Assembly: GCA_904063045.1 (NCBI GenBank) | Contig: CAJFCJ010000031.1 | Span: forward strand, 283,105 to 347,104 | Length of the DNA stretch: 64,000 nt | Reading direction: 5' to 3' | Source of the DNA: Dimorphilus gyrociliatus | Lineage: Eukaryota; Animalia; Annelida | Shown: positions 13,614-23,079 of the stretch, one piece after another | Layout: every line of letters begins with the position of its first letter | Numbering within the stretch: position 1 is the first letter of the stretch | Made by a program: the position numbers and the translations under genes | The notes under the pieces: generated by a model | Databases searched by the model: none | The model's input: only the letters and a program-made list of their open reading frames with translations | What the model was told of the DNA's origin: nothing

Positions 13614-14694
13614 ATGCAATCTGTGTTCGGATATGGCCGTGTGTTGGCTAGAGTCTTAACGACAGGTGTACATAATGAGATCCAACACATAGCTAATGCT
13701 CCTTCGCCGTTTTCGAAAAAGAGCAGAGATCTGCATTTAATAACAGCCGCGTCTGGCATATCGAAATGTAACAGTGCTCTATCCTTTAATACAAAGAGGT
13801 CCTGTGGGGACGATGCTTGTTTTTTAGCTAGTCATCAACTGGGAGACGTCATAGGTTAAATTTCATTTTATCGCTCATTCAAAATAATTACGCAGTTGAA
13901 ATTTTCAGGAATAGCTGATGGTGTTGGTGGTTGGCGTTCATACGGTGTGGATCCATCACTCTTTGCTGTCTCTCTAATGGAAGCCTGTGAGCGATTAGTG
14001 ACGGAAGGCTCCTTTCAACCCACCCTTCCAATCCGTCTCCTTGAAGCTGCCTACGAAGAAGTGATAGAAAATAAAACACCGCTAATCGGCAGTTGTACAG
14101 CGTGTGTGGTCTGTTTAGAACGAAATAAGAACCGTGTCCATACGGCAAACTTAGGGGATTCTGGTTACGTTGTTGTGCGACACGGGGAAGTTGTCGAAAG
14201 ATCTGAAGATCAGCAACATTATTTTAATACACCTTTCCAACTATCAGTAGCCCCTCCTAATCTACGTCACTTGACACTTTCGGATTCTCCCGCTTCCGCT
14301 CGAACCTCAGTATTCGATGTACACGATGGCGACGTTATACTCGTTGCTTCAGATGGTCTTTTCGATAATCTTACAGACGAAATGATACTGCATCACGTTA
14401 GACGGATGACAACAAAAACTTATGAAAATGACTTGAGAAATACGGCCGTATCCCTCGTAGAACATGCCCATACTTTGGCCTCCGATCCCGATTACTTATC
14501 TCCCTTTTGTCAAAGTGCCGCTAAAAGCGGATTAAATCTAAAAGGTATTTAAATATATTACGTTAATATTATTATACCTATACTAATGGTATCTATATAT
14601 CCGATTGATTACTCTCTATTTAGGTGGAAAACCAGACGATATAACCGTTCTCTTATCAAGAGTTTCCGCAAGGTTACCAGAAACCGCTTTATAG
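13614..14694 (+). CDS. PPTC7: PPTC7-type PP2C protein phosphatase (mitochondrial), 3 exons (13614-13852, 13900-14547, 14624-14694)
   Basis: ..[141 protein letters not shown]... Matches human PPTC7 ([71 protein letters not shown]). Confidence 0.9.
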
Positions 14695-14978
14695 TGATGC
14701 AATTTTTGAGACTGAGAATAGGAAATTATTTTTTCGTGCGTAGAAACTGTTGCATAATGAACAAATTTAATGTCTTATATCAATCTATGTTATATAGTCT
14801 GTACATTGTTTGAATTTTTTTTTAAGCAAATGGTTTATGAACATTTATTATTAATGGAAGTGCTAACTTCTTATTATTTCTATATAAAATTGAGCATTTT
14901 CTTGAGTTCAATAAAACACTCAATAAGATGTATTAAAGTATTGAGAGTATATTTTTACCACTTGTCGGACTTTCCAAC

Positions 14979-15504
14979 ATGGCGTTCACATCTTCTCTTT
15001 TGCCCTTGATCCTTATAGTGGTAGTTTCATCGCTACCAATTAGGAATAGTCAAAAGTCTATGTTTGACGAAGTTAAGGCTAAAGTGAAGGAAGAGATGGC
15101 CAAGAGGAATGAAACTGTGGACGATCTCATCAGAAAGCTGTGTAAGAAACGAAATATGAAAAATTGCACTGGAGTAGACGATGGTAGCAATTCCGTTAGG
15201 ATCAAAGCAACATTACGCCCTGGAAAATGTATAAAAATATGCGAAGATCTACCGAATATGTTAAAAAAAGCTTGCGAACAATCGCACGATAGACCAGTTT
15301 GCGGAAAAGTTGATGAAGTATTCGAAAACCTTGGTAACCGTCGAACAAAACATTATTAAATTTTTTAATTATTGATTTAAAACTCTTTTCTTTTTCCGAA
15401 TAGAAGATATCGGCCCAGAAAAGGTTGCTGATGCTGTCTCCGAAGCGTGCTGCGAATACAAGTGCTCCCTTGCACATCTTGCCTTCTTTTGCTGATTGAA
15501 CTGC
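14979..15504 (+). CDS. Candidate insulin-superfamily peptide precursor, 2 exons (14979-15335, about 15411-15504)
   Basis: Exon 1 opens with a signal peptide (MAFTSSLLPLILIVVVSSLPIRNS) followed by a Cys-rich region. After a 75-bp GT..AG intron, exon 2 reads in frame ..EDIGPEKVADAVSEACCEYKCSLAHLAFFC*. That is an exact fit to the insulin A-chain signature C-C-x3-C-x8-C (compare human CCTSICSLYQLENYC). No canonical B-chain (C-G-x10-C) is seen, so the assignment is tentative. The gene lies 285 bp downstream of PPTC7 on the same strand. Confidence 0.4.
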
Positions 15505-15699
15505 AAAACTTTCTCTGCAAAATGCCAAAATGAAAATTGATATACGTCATTGTTTTTGATTGTATCATTTTTTCCTAATTATTTATTGTTCTATCGAAAT
15601 GATTTACAAATGGTCTGCTTGTGTTTATTATTCTCTTACCGACTGTAAAATATACATAACTATTAAATACAGATATGCTGTATATTCCTATCAATATAA

Positions 15700-15702
<3 letters not shown>

Positions 15703-15763
<61 letters not shown>

Positions 15764-15774
15764 TATATATATAT
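15703..15774. repeat. (TA)n microsatellite, about 36 units
   Basis: Uninterrupted tatatata.. run. It generates the spurious overlapping ORFs 15560-15757 (+) and 15575-15838 (-). Confidence 0.95.
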
Positions 15775-16191
15775 GTACATATGCGTATATTGGCATATAA
15801 TATTTATATTTATATACTGTATATGCAGAAATAGTCATAATAAAGCTACATTTTTCTAAGTATTAATCTAATTTGGCCAATCGAGAAAAGTAACGTATCA
15901 GTAGATTTTTTCAACAGACACATTAAATGGACAACGACTTATTTTTCTAAAAGATTATCTTCGCATTTTCGAAAGTTTGCCACACAGCAAAATGCTCTTC
16001 TCATCTCTTTTACCAGTTTACATTTTGCAGAGTATGCCCTGAACCAAATTTGGCCGTCCTTTGACGGATGAAAAAAGGATCTCAATTTTCTATAACACTA
16101 TCTTTTTTGGAAGTGTAACAAGCACAGCAAATATCATATGGGCATAATCGGCCTAAAATATATGATAATCTTTACAAAATTGATTTTATAG

Positions 16192-18129
16192 GTGAATAAT
16201 ATTCCCTACTGGAATATCGTTCAGATAACTTCAATGAATGCTCGATCTCTTGCTAAAAGGGAATTTGCAAGAGAGGAAAGTTCAAGTTCATCTGCAACCG
16301 AAGATGAAGACGATGGAGATGTGTTGGGATTTAATAAGACTGTGGAGAGTTTACGTCAAAGTATTGAATATCTTTTAAAGGAAGATGACATGTTTTCAAG
16401 AGGATATTATCGAACATTAAAAAATGTGCAATCTCACACCAGATACCGACCAGGAGTAGTCATCGGCCAAGAACTAGTCAAAAAGCTCGTGACCTTCAAG
16501 ATCGGTAATGTCCTAGTTAGAATACTGAGGAGCACTGAAAGTATTAATATCTTGGAGGAGGAAAATGCAATCGCTTTCAAAATTGTACGGGAGATTCTCT
16601 CGTGTATATGGAATTGTACGCATAAATCTCGACAAATGTGCGAGGATCTAATCGGCTCAACGGTGACTTTAACCTTATGCGAAAAGCTGAATGTTTTGAT
16701 AAAAAATTTCACAGTTTGCCTCGTTCGGGAGAGCTCTACTCAGAATGTTGAAGATAGAACTCAAAAAGTGTATAAAACGCAATACCTTTGCAAAGCGTAC
16801 CTCAGTATCCTCCATAACGTTGCAAGGCAATGTGCGGACATAGGAAGTTTTATCAAGATTGATTGTCTACGAAAGTTATCCACGTTGGACCTTCATAAAT
16901 TGATTAAAGCAAAAGTCTGCATATTGCTAGCGTACGTAACCACTGGTAACGATTGTAATTATTTAATAATTTCTTCGGACGTTATAGAATTTTTATTGCA
17001 AATATTGGAGAGAGCTATTAAGATGGAGAACTTTTTCGATCAAGATACCCATTTCGAAGCCTACGAGATTGTAGCTGCTATCAACCGTTTAGCTATAAAT
17101 GATGTCAACAAAGAATTACTTGGAGAAAGTGGAGCTATCGAACTCTATTTGGCCATGCTAAGTGATGGTGGAGCTGAGAATCAACGAGTCGCCGCTGCCG
17201 GTTTATGGATTTTGGCTTTTAATAGACAAAATCGTGTCCGCATGAGATCAAATGATTTATGTGTGAAAATGTTAAGAAAATTGGCTGTTTCTGGCTGCGA
17301 CGAAGGGATTCGAAGATCCGCCCGGGCCGCTGAGTTCGTCTTGCGTTTTGAGGCTCCTGAACCTATTCGTACTTTTAGTGAAAATGCTCCGCACGTTATG
17401 TTAAGTTATAATCATTCTACTCAACCAACTATGTTAAAACTATATAAGTTCTTGCAAAAGAAGGGCTTTAATGTTTGGATGGACGTGGATCACATGCGTG
17501 GATCGACATTGGACGCTATGGCTCTTGCCGTAGAAAGATCAGCAGTAATCATTATTGGCGTATGTAAACGATATCAAGATAGCGCTAGTTGTAGAACTGA
17601 GGGCGATTATGCCTATCAACTTCGCAAAGCGATAATTCCAGTTAATCTCGAAAAGGGCTTTGTCCCTACTGGCTGGCTTGGATGCCTTTTGGGTACGAAA
17701 TTGGCTTACGACTTATGGGACGAAACTCGTCTCGAAGAACAAATGAACCGTGTTGTGTTCGATTTAGGGGAAAGAGGACGTTTGCCACCCCTCGAACAAG
17801 CACCACCTGTCCGTATATCTACTATGCGTGAACCAAATCCGAATTCTACCGGATCTGCTATTGTTGCCGCCCATTTGGGTGTGCCTCGTGATGATTGTAC
17901 TCGGGTAGCCGAGGAATGGACGACAGAGCAGACTAGAGCTTGGCTCGAACGTAATAATATTCCGGCTACTGGATTTTTGGAAAGTTTGGATGGTAAATTA
18001 TTGGTACAGCTTCGAAAAATGTATCAGGCTGCCCCTGAATGCTTTTATCGAGCTTTAAAAAGCGACCTAGACTACGATGTTGTGGCCGCTCTAAGATTGG
18101 CAAACATGTTGGATAGCATAAATCTATAA
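16192..18129 (+). CDS. ARM-repeat / TIR-domain / SAM-domain protein (SARM1-like TIR, non-canonical domain order), single 645-aa exon
   Basis: Uninterrupted 1,938-nt ORF. Residues about 395-540 (..HVMLSYNHSTQPTMLKLYKFLQKKGFNVWMDVDHMRGSTLDAMALAVERSAVIIIGVCKRYQDSASCRTEGDYAYQLRKAIIPVNLEKGF..) follow the SARM1 TIR layout (DVFISYRRNSG..LHGFSVFIDVEKL..ARNFVLVLSPGAL..C..KEIVTAL..IVPI). The N-terminal about 390 aa is ARM/helical-repeat-like (..LAINDVNKELLGESGAIELYLAMLSDGGAENQRVAAAGLWILAF..). The C-terminal about 65 aa (EEWTTEQTRAWLERNNIPATGFLESLDGKLLVQLRK..) is SAM-like. Confidence 0.75.
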   Translation: MNNIPYWNIVQITSMNARSLAKREFAREESSSSSATEDEDDGDVLGFNKTVESLRQSIEYLLKEDDMFSRGYYRTLKNVQSHTRYRPGVVIGQELVKKLVTFKIGNVLVRILRSTESINILEEENAIAFKIVREILSCIWNCTHKSRQMCEDLIGSTVTLTLCEKLNVLIKNFTVCLVRESSTQNVEDRTQKVYKTQYLCKAYLSILHNVARQCADIGSFIKIDCLRKLSTLDLHKLIKAKVCILLAYVTTGNDCNYLIISSDVIEFLLQILERAIKMENFFDQDTHFEAYEIVAAINRLAINDVNKELLGESGAIELYLAMLSDGGAENQRVAAAGLWILAFNRQNRVRMRSNDLCVKMLRKLAVSGCDEGIRRSARAAEFVLRFEAPEPIRTFSENAPHVMLSYNHSTQPTMLKLYKFLQKKGFNVWMDVDHMRGSTLDAMALAVERSAVIIIGVCKRYQDSASCRTEGDYAYQLRKAIIPVNLEKGFVPTGWLGCLLGTKLAYDLWDETRLEEQMNRVVFDLGERGRLPPLEQAPPVRISTMREPNPNSTGSAIVAAHLGVPRDDCTRVAEEWTTEQTRAWLERNNIPATGFLESLDGKLLVQLRKMYQAAPECFYRALKSDLDYDVVAALRLANMLDSINL

Positions 18130-18549
18130 GGTGTATTATTATTTTTTGTATTTGAATGTAAGTTAATTATAAAGTTAATGCTCAACCGTTCATTTGGAAG
18201 TTGTATTTCCTTTCTTTATGACTGGCGAGTTAAGAATTGCATATTTTTTGTGACTTACTTGTTTAAGGTAATCGTTACTGCTTTATGAAGCTTGTTTACT
18301 GATCTGTACTTTGTAAGTTTTGTAAAACAGAGAAAGCGATTAAAAAAAATGAAAATAATAAACTGAGATTTATCTCTGTAAGAAACGTAATTTGAATTTT
18401 CTTTATTGTTCTTTTGAGTAGGCTAAAGTTTGAAGGAAAATACACATACGCAGATTGGCTATGCGGATTTTTTACTCAGTCAGACGCCGAGTTGTTTTTT
18501 ACGCAGAACAAATTTTTTTAAATAAGTTTAATTTGGCCTTAACAGCACC

Positions 18550-18596
18550 CTCTTCTCTCTCTCTCTCTCTCTCTCGCTCTCTCTCCCGCTCTCTTT
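18550..18596. repeat. (CT)n / (GA)n microsatellite
   Basis: ctcttctctctctctctctctctctcgctctctctcccgctctc, located 200 bp upstream of the first innexin. Confidence 0.9.
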
Positions 18597-18795
18597 CTAC
18601 CCACTCACTTAAAGTTGACCGACTCAACTTAAACAAACAACTGTATTGTGAACAATAGGAAGATTTCGTCTTCTTCTCTTTGTAGATATATGCAGGGGGT
18701 ATAGAGGTAGAGGCGGAGAAAGAGTCTCGATTTAAGTTGTCTAATTAAGGCCTATTTGTATTATTACAATTACTTTTGATGATAATTAAAGCATT

Positions 18796-20034
18796 TTGGA
18801 GAGAACTTTTCAAACTGGAATAAGAATAATGGATAAAGTCTTAGAAGTTGTTGAAGGTTTTCATCCAGACCTAAAGGATGACGATAGCGTCGATAGGTTG
18901 AATAGCCGATGGACTGTTATTATTCTTATGATATTTTGCGTTGTTGTAGCTGGTGAAACTTACGTTGGAACGCCCATCAAATGCTGGGCTCCTCAACACT
19001 TTACCGACTCTCATGAGAAGTATATGAATAACTTTTGCTGGGTGAAAAACACCTATTATTATCCAATGCAAACTGACTTACCGTTGATAAGCGAAGGTGA
19101 TGAGGGGAAACATTTTATACCATACTATCAATGGATACCGTTTATATTGTTAATTCAAGCTGTACTTTTCTATTTCCCGTCGGTTATATGGCGATCGTTT
19201 AATCAATCGGCTGGAATCGATGCTGATAACATTCTAAAAGCGGCTTTCGATCTTGAAAAGGTTATTGAACAGGATATTAGGGAAAATAGCCTCGGAGTTA
19301 TAGTTCAACTCATGCATCGCTATTTAATAAGTCGGAGTAAGAATCGCAAAGTATTCTTTATATGCTCCCGACGTTATGGTTGTTATTTACTAGTGCTGTA
19401 CCTTTTTTCAAAGCTTCTCTATTTAACAAACGTTACTATACAATTCCTATCATTGTCCTACATCCTTGGTACCAGCTATGGAATTTACGGAATTCGGGCA
19501 ATATACGAATTCAGATCATTAACAACACCGTCAAATCCCACTTTTCCTAGGGTAACAATGTGCGACTTTAGGACTAGACGATTAGGTAATGTTCACCGTT
19601 ATACAGTTCAGTGTTGTCTTCCTATAAACATGTATAATGAAAAAGTCTACGTTTTCCTTTGGTTTTGGTTCCTTTTCGTTGCCTTATTAACGACTTTGAA
19701 TCTTTTACTATGGATTGTTAGAAGTTTGTGGTACGGGGGTAAAGTAAATTACATATTTAATCATCTATCGAAGGACGACAGAGAAAGTCTAGAAAATACT
19801 GGCAATAGTAAAAGATTACAGAAATTCGTTACTCGCTATTTAAGAAGCGACGGAGTGTTTCTTATTCGATTGATAAATCACAATATGAGTAAAAGAACAA
19901 CCGATGAGATAACTTCAATGCTATTTAATTTATGGACTCAAGAATTTAATGATACTATTATCAATGGCAATTCAATGTTTGGAGAAGATCAACCTGATAA
20001 TCAATTATTCGACGATGAACCCGTTAACTTGTAA
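18796..20034 (+). CDS. inx: Innexin (gap-junction protein) copy 1, single coding exon; probable start at ATG 18829 (MDKVLEVV..)
   Basis: A 412-aa ORF with the full innexin signature set: ..DDDSVDRLNSRWTVIILMIF..YVGTPIKCWAPQHFTDSHEKYMNNFCWVKNTYY..YYQWIPFILLIQAVLFYFPSVIWR.. It has four TM segments and the conserved Cys pairs. Confidence 0.9.
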   Translation: MERTFQTGIRIMDKVLEVVEGFHPDLKDDDSVDRLNSRWTVIILMIFCVVVAGETYVGTPIKCWAPQHFTDSHEKYMNNFCWVKNTYYYPMQTDLPLISEGDEGKHFIPYYQWIPFILLIQAVLFYFPSVIWRSFNQSAGIDADNILKAAFDLEKVIEQDIRENSLGVIVQLMHRYLISRSKNRKVFFICSRRYGCYLLVLYLFSKLLYLTNVTIQFLSLSYILGTSYGIYGIRAIYEFRSLTTPSNPTFPRVTMCDFRTRRLGNVHRYTVQCCLPINMYNEKVYVFLWFWFLFVALLTTLNLLLWIVRSLWYGGKVNYIFNHLSKDDRESLENTGNSKRLQKFVTRYLRSDGVFLIRLINHNMSKRTTDEITSMLFNLWTQEFNDTIINGNSMFGEDQPDNQLFDDEPVNL

Positions 20035-21466
20035 ATAACAATTGCTGTTTAAATAATAAGAAGTACGTACCAGATACGAAGACTATAGAACATTTTAATA
20101 TTTATAAATAGAACAAAAAGGAAAAAAAAAGAGAACGAGCTTAAAATACAATGATGAAACTATTTTTCTCTCAGATTTTAATTTAATTAGTAGACACTTG
20201 AAGAAGTTTTTTCTGCAAGTGAAATTTAAGAACTTCCCAAAGACAAAAGGTTTAAGAGTGTATCGTCTATATTTATCTTTAAAATTATAACAAAAGACAG
20301 AATGAAAAATTAAGAAATGAAAGAGGATAAAGTTGAGGATAGTATAAGAAAACGAGGAGGGAGGGGAAGAGGGAGGGTGAGAGTTAACTTATCTCTGCTG
20401 CACATATCTTGTAGGCGGCCTTCTTTATTTAAATATTAGTTTTAAATAAAAACTAACTTCCTATTGGAATATATATTTAGTAAGTGGGCGAGAGAGAAGA
20501 GAGAAAATGATATTACTATTGGCTAAAAGAAGAATAGATAGTCGTATATAGAGAGATAGTAAATGCGTATACTCTCAACTCTCGCTCACTCGAAGCGCAT
20601 AATTTTATACATATTGTTCTGGAATCTTTTTTCGACCCTTATTTGGGTTGCACTTTTTGGTGCCTGTCGTCTGCTAACCCAAATTTTGAACTTCCCTTGC
20701 ACTTTCTTTGTTCAGAACCCAAAAAAAAACTTTATCATACGAACAGCGCTGCGTAATATCTACTCTGGCCGTTTCATCATTTGACATTCAAGCGCCGACC
20801 TCTGCGATAGGTAAGTCTAAAACAAAAAAAAAAGTCTAATCGAACTTTTCTCTCCGCACTCTATTCTTAACGATCTTTATTTTCGGCACTACTCTTAGGC
20901 TCGTAGTAAAATCTATTATTCAGGTATTATAAAACGCCCTTATTTAACTGCTAAATCAAAAGCAAATTCCTTCTATTGGATAAAGTTCTACGATTATTCA
21001 TCGAACAGGTAAAACATTCTATAGGAAGAAATCGTGGTATAAGGAATGGAAGAGCATGTGTATTTTTTATTGAACTAATGGCGTCCGTGCAATTCTGATT
21101 TTAGTAATATTATTAATATAAACATATATATATATATATAAATTATATATCATTTATAGCTAAGTGCGATATAGAATGTTTTATTATCGACAATTTTTTT
21201 ATAAACTTAAACTGATAAATAGAGAATGTTCGATTTAAATAAAATGTAAATAGTAATAATAATTCACTAGATATTGACAAGTGCACGTATCTCTAAAACT
21301 ATTAGATAAGAACGCTGGCCTTTTTTTCTCTTTGCGCACGTGTTTATTTACATTAAAAAAAAATTTAAATGAACTTTGCATAAACTCTAAAGTCAACGTT
21401 TCTTTCTTTTTTTAATATTATTTTAAATATTCTCATTGACAGTCTCGTTCAGCAAGGTCTAGGACT

Positions 21467-22681
21467 ATGGATAAGATTGTTAAAGTTGTTAAAGGAGCCT
21501 CTAAGGGTGATAATGTGAAAAGAGATGACGATTGGGCTGATCGTTTAAGCTCTAGATATACTGTAGCGATAATTGTAGCATTTGCAATTATCGTATCAGG
21601 CCAACAGTATTTTATTGGGAAACCCCTTAACTGTTGGGAGCCGAAACATTTCACCGGAAGTCATAAGAAGTATATGAATTCTTATTGCTGGGTTAAAAAT
21701 ACTTATTATCTTCCATTTGATGATTATATACCGAGAGAGCATGAAAATGAAAAAAGAAGAGTATTACCCTATTATCAATGGATACCTTTTATATTGCTAG
21801 GACAGGCTTTGTTCTTCTATATACCATCCTTCGTTTGGCATGGATTAAACGATCGTGCCGGAGTGGATTCGGATGATATTCTCAAAACTGCTCACAAAAT
21901 TGCAGATATGAAAGAAAAGAAGAAACGAGAGGAGACCTTAACGTTCTTGTCTAAACAGATACATCGCTTCCTGACAGCTACAAGTGCCAGGAAAGGAGAA
22001 AATAATTCGACCTTGAACAAAATCAAATCTGCTGTGTGTTCCAGACGTTTTTCAGGCTATCTCTTAATGATATTCCTCTTTTCGAAAGTTTTATACGCCG
22101 CAAATGTAATTATTCAATTACTCGTTTTAAATAAAATATTAGGAACGAAGTATGGAGCGTTTGGAATCGATTTCCTTAAAGGAAAAGAGCATGCAGACCA
22201 TTGGATGAGCTCAGCCAGTCATACCTTTCCTACGGTTACTATGTGCGACTTTTTCGTCAGGCGTTTGGGAAACGTCCATCGCTATTCTGTTCAATGCGTA
22301 CTCCCTATTAATATGTATAATGAGAAAATCTATGTCTTTTTATGGTTCTGGTTTATGATGGTTGCTGTTATAACCGTGTTGAACTTTTTAACCTGGCTGA
22401 TAAGATCTATCTTACCGAGTGATAAGTTACGCTACATTAAAAATCACTTGGCAACAGCCAGATTTCAAGGAGAGCTCGCCGATGAAAAGATTAAATATTT
22501 TGTTACTAAATATCTGAGAAGCGACGGTATCTTTTTGATTCGTCTTATCGGTCATAATTGTAATTTTATAACGACAAACGATATTACTGCCGCACTATGG
22601 AAAGAACATATACAGAATTTACCACCGGAAGAAAAAAGTAATGGACAAGATCAACTTATAAAGGATACAGAAGATGTTTAG
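21467..22681 (+). CDS. inx: Innexin copy 2, single coding exon (404 aa), plus a probable 5'UTR exon ending at the GTAAGT donor near 20808 and an acceptor 'tctcattgacag' near 21441
   Basis: MDKIVKVVKG..DDWADRLSSRYTVAIIVAFAII..YFIGKPLNCWEPKHFTGSHKKYMNSYCWVKNTYY..YYQWIPFILLGQALFFYIPSFVWHGLN.. It is a paralog of the upstream gene (same strand, 1.4 kb apart). Confidence 0.9.
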   Translation: MDKIVKVVKGASKGDNVKRDDDWADRLSSRYTVAIIVAFAIIVSGQQYFIGKPLNCWEPKHFTGSHKKYMNSYCWVKNTYYLPFDDYIPREHENEKRRVLPYYQWIPFILLGQALFFYIPSFVWHGLNDRAGVDSDDILKTAHKIADMKEKKKREETLTFLSKQIHRFLTATSARKGENNSTLNKIKSAVCSRRFSGYLLMIFLFSKVLYAANVIIQLLVLNKILGTKYGAFGIDFLKGKEHADHWMSSASHTFPTVTMCDFFVRRLGNVHRYSVQCVLPINMYNEKIYVFLWFWFMMVAVITVLNFLTWLIRSILPSDKLRYIKNHLATARFQGELADEKIKYFVTKYLRSDGIFLIRLIGHNCNFITTNDITAALWKEHIQNLPPEEKSNGQDQLIKDTEDV

Positions 22682-23079
22682 GATTAAGATTTGTTAGTTA
22701 AAAGTTATCTTTTTTTATTTTTACTAAAAATAATAAATAATTAATATACACATTTATATAAAAAAAAGAGAATATTAATATAAACATTTGTATGAATGTT
22801 AAGATTGTGTAAGCTTATAAGTTTATCTGTATGCCTGAACTGCATATATGTATATATATATATAGAATTCTATATATAGATATAGATAAAAAAAAGTTGT
22901 TATTTTTAAAATTTTATACAATCGTATTCCAATATGATTTCCATTTATGACTAGAAATACATCGTTTTTTTTTGTAAAGACTTGCATAGCAAGACACTTC
23001 CAAGAAAAAAATTTTTTTATTGCATTTTTTTTTTTTTTGCTGTATGAAATATACAAGCATGAAGCAAGCACGTTGGCGT

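Noticed and set aside
15560-15838. Overlapping ORFs on both strands rich in Y/I (65 and 87 aa); the tandem array could also be mistaken for a CRISPR-like repeat
   Set aside because: They are a pure (TA)n microsatellite read in-frame. There is no spacer/repeat structure and this is a eukaryotic locus.
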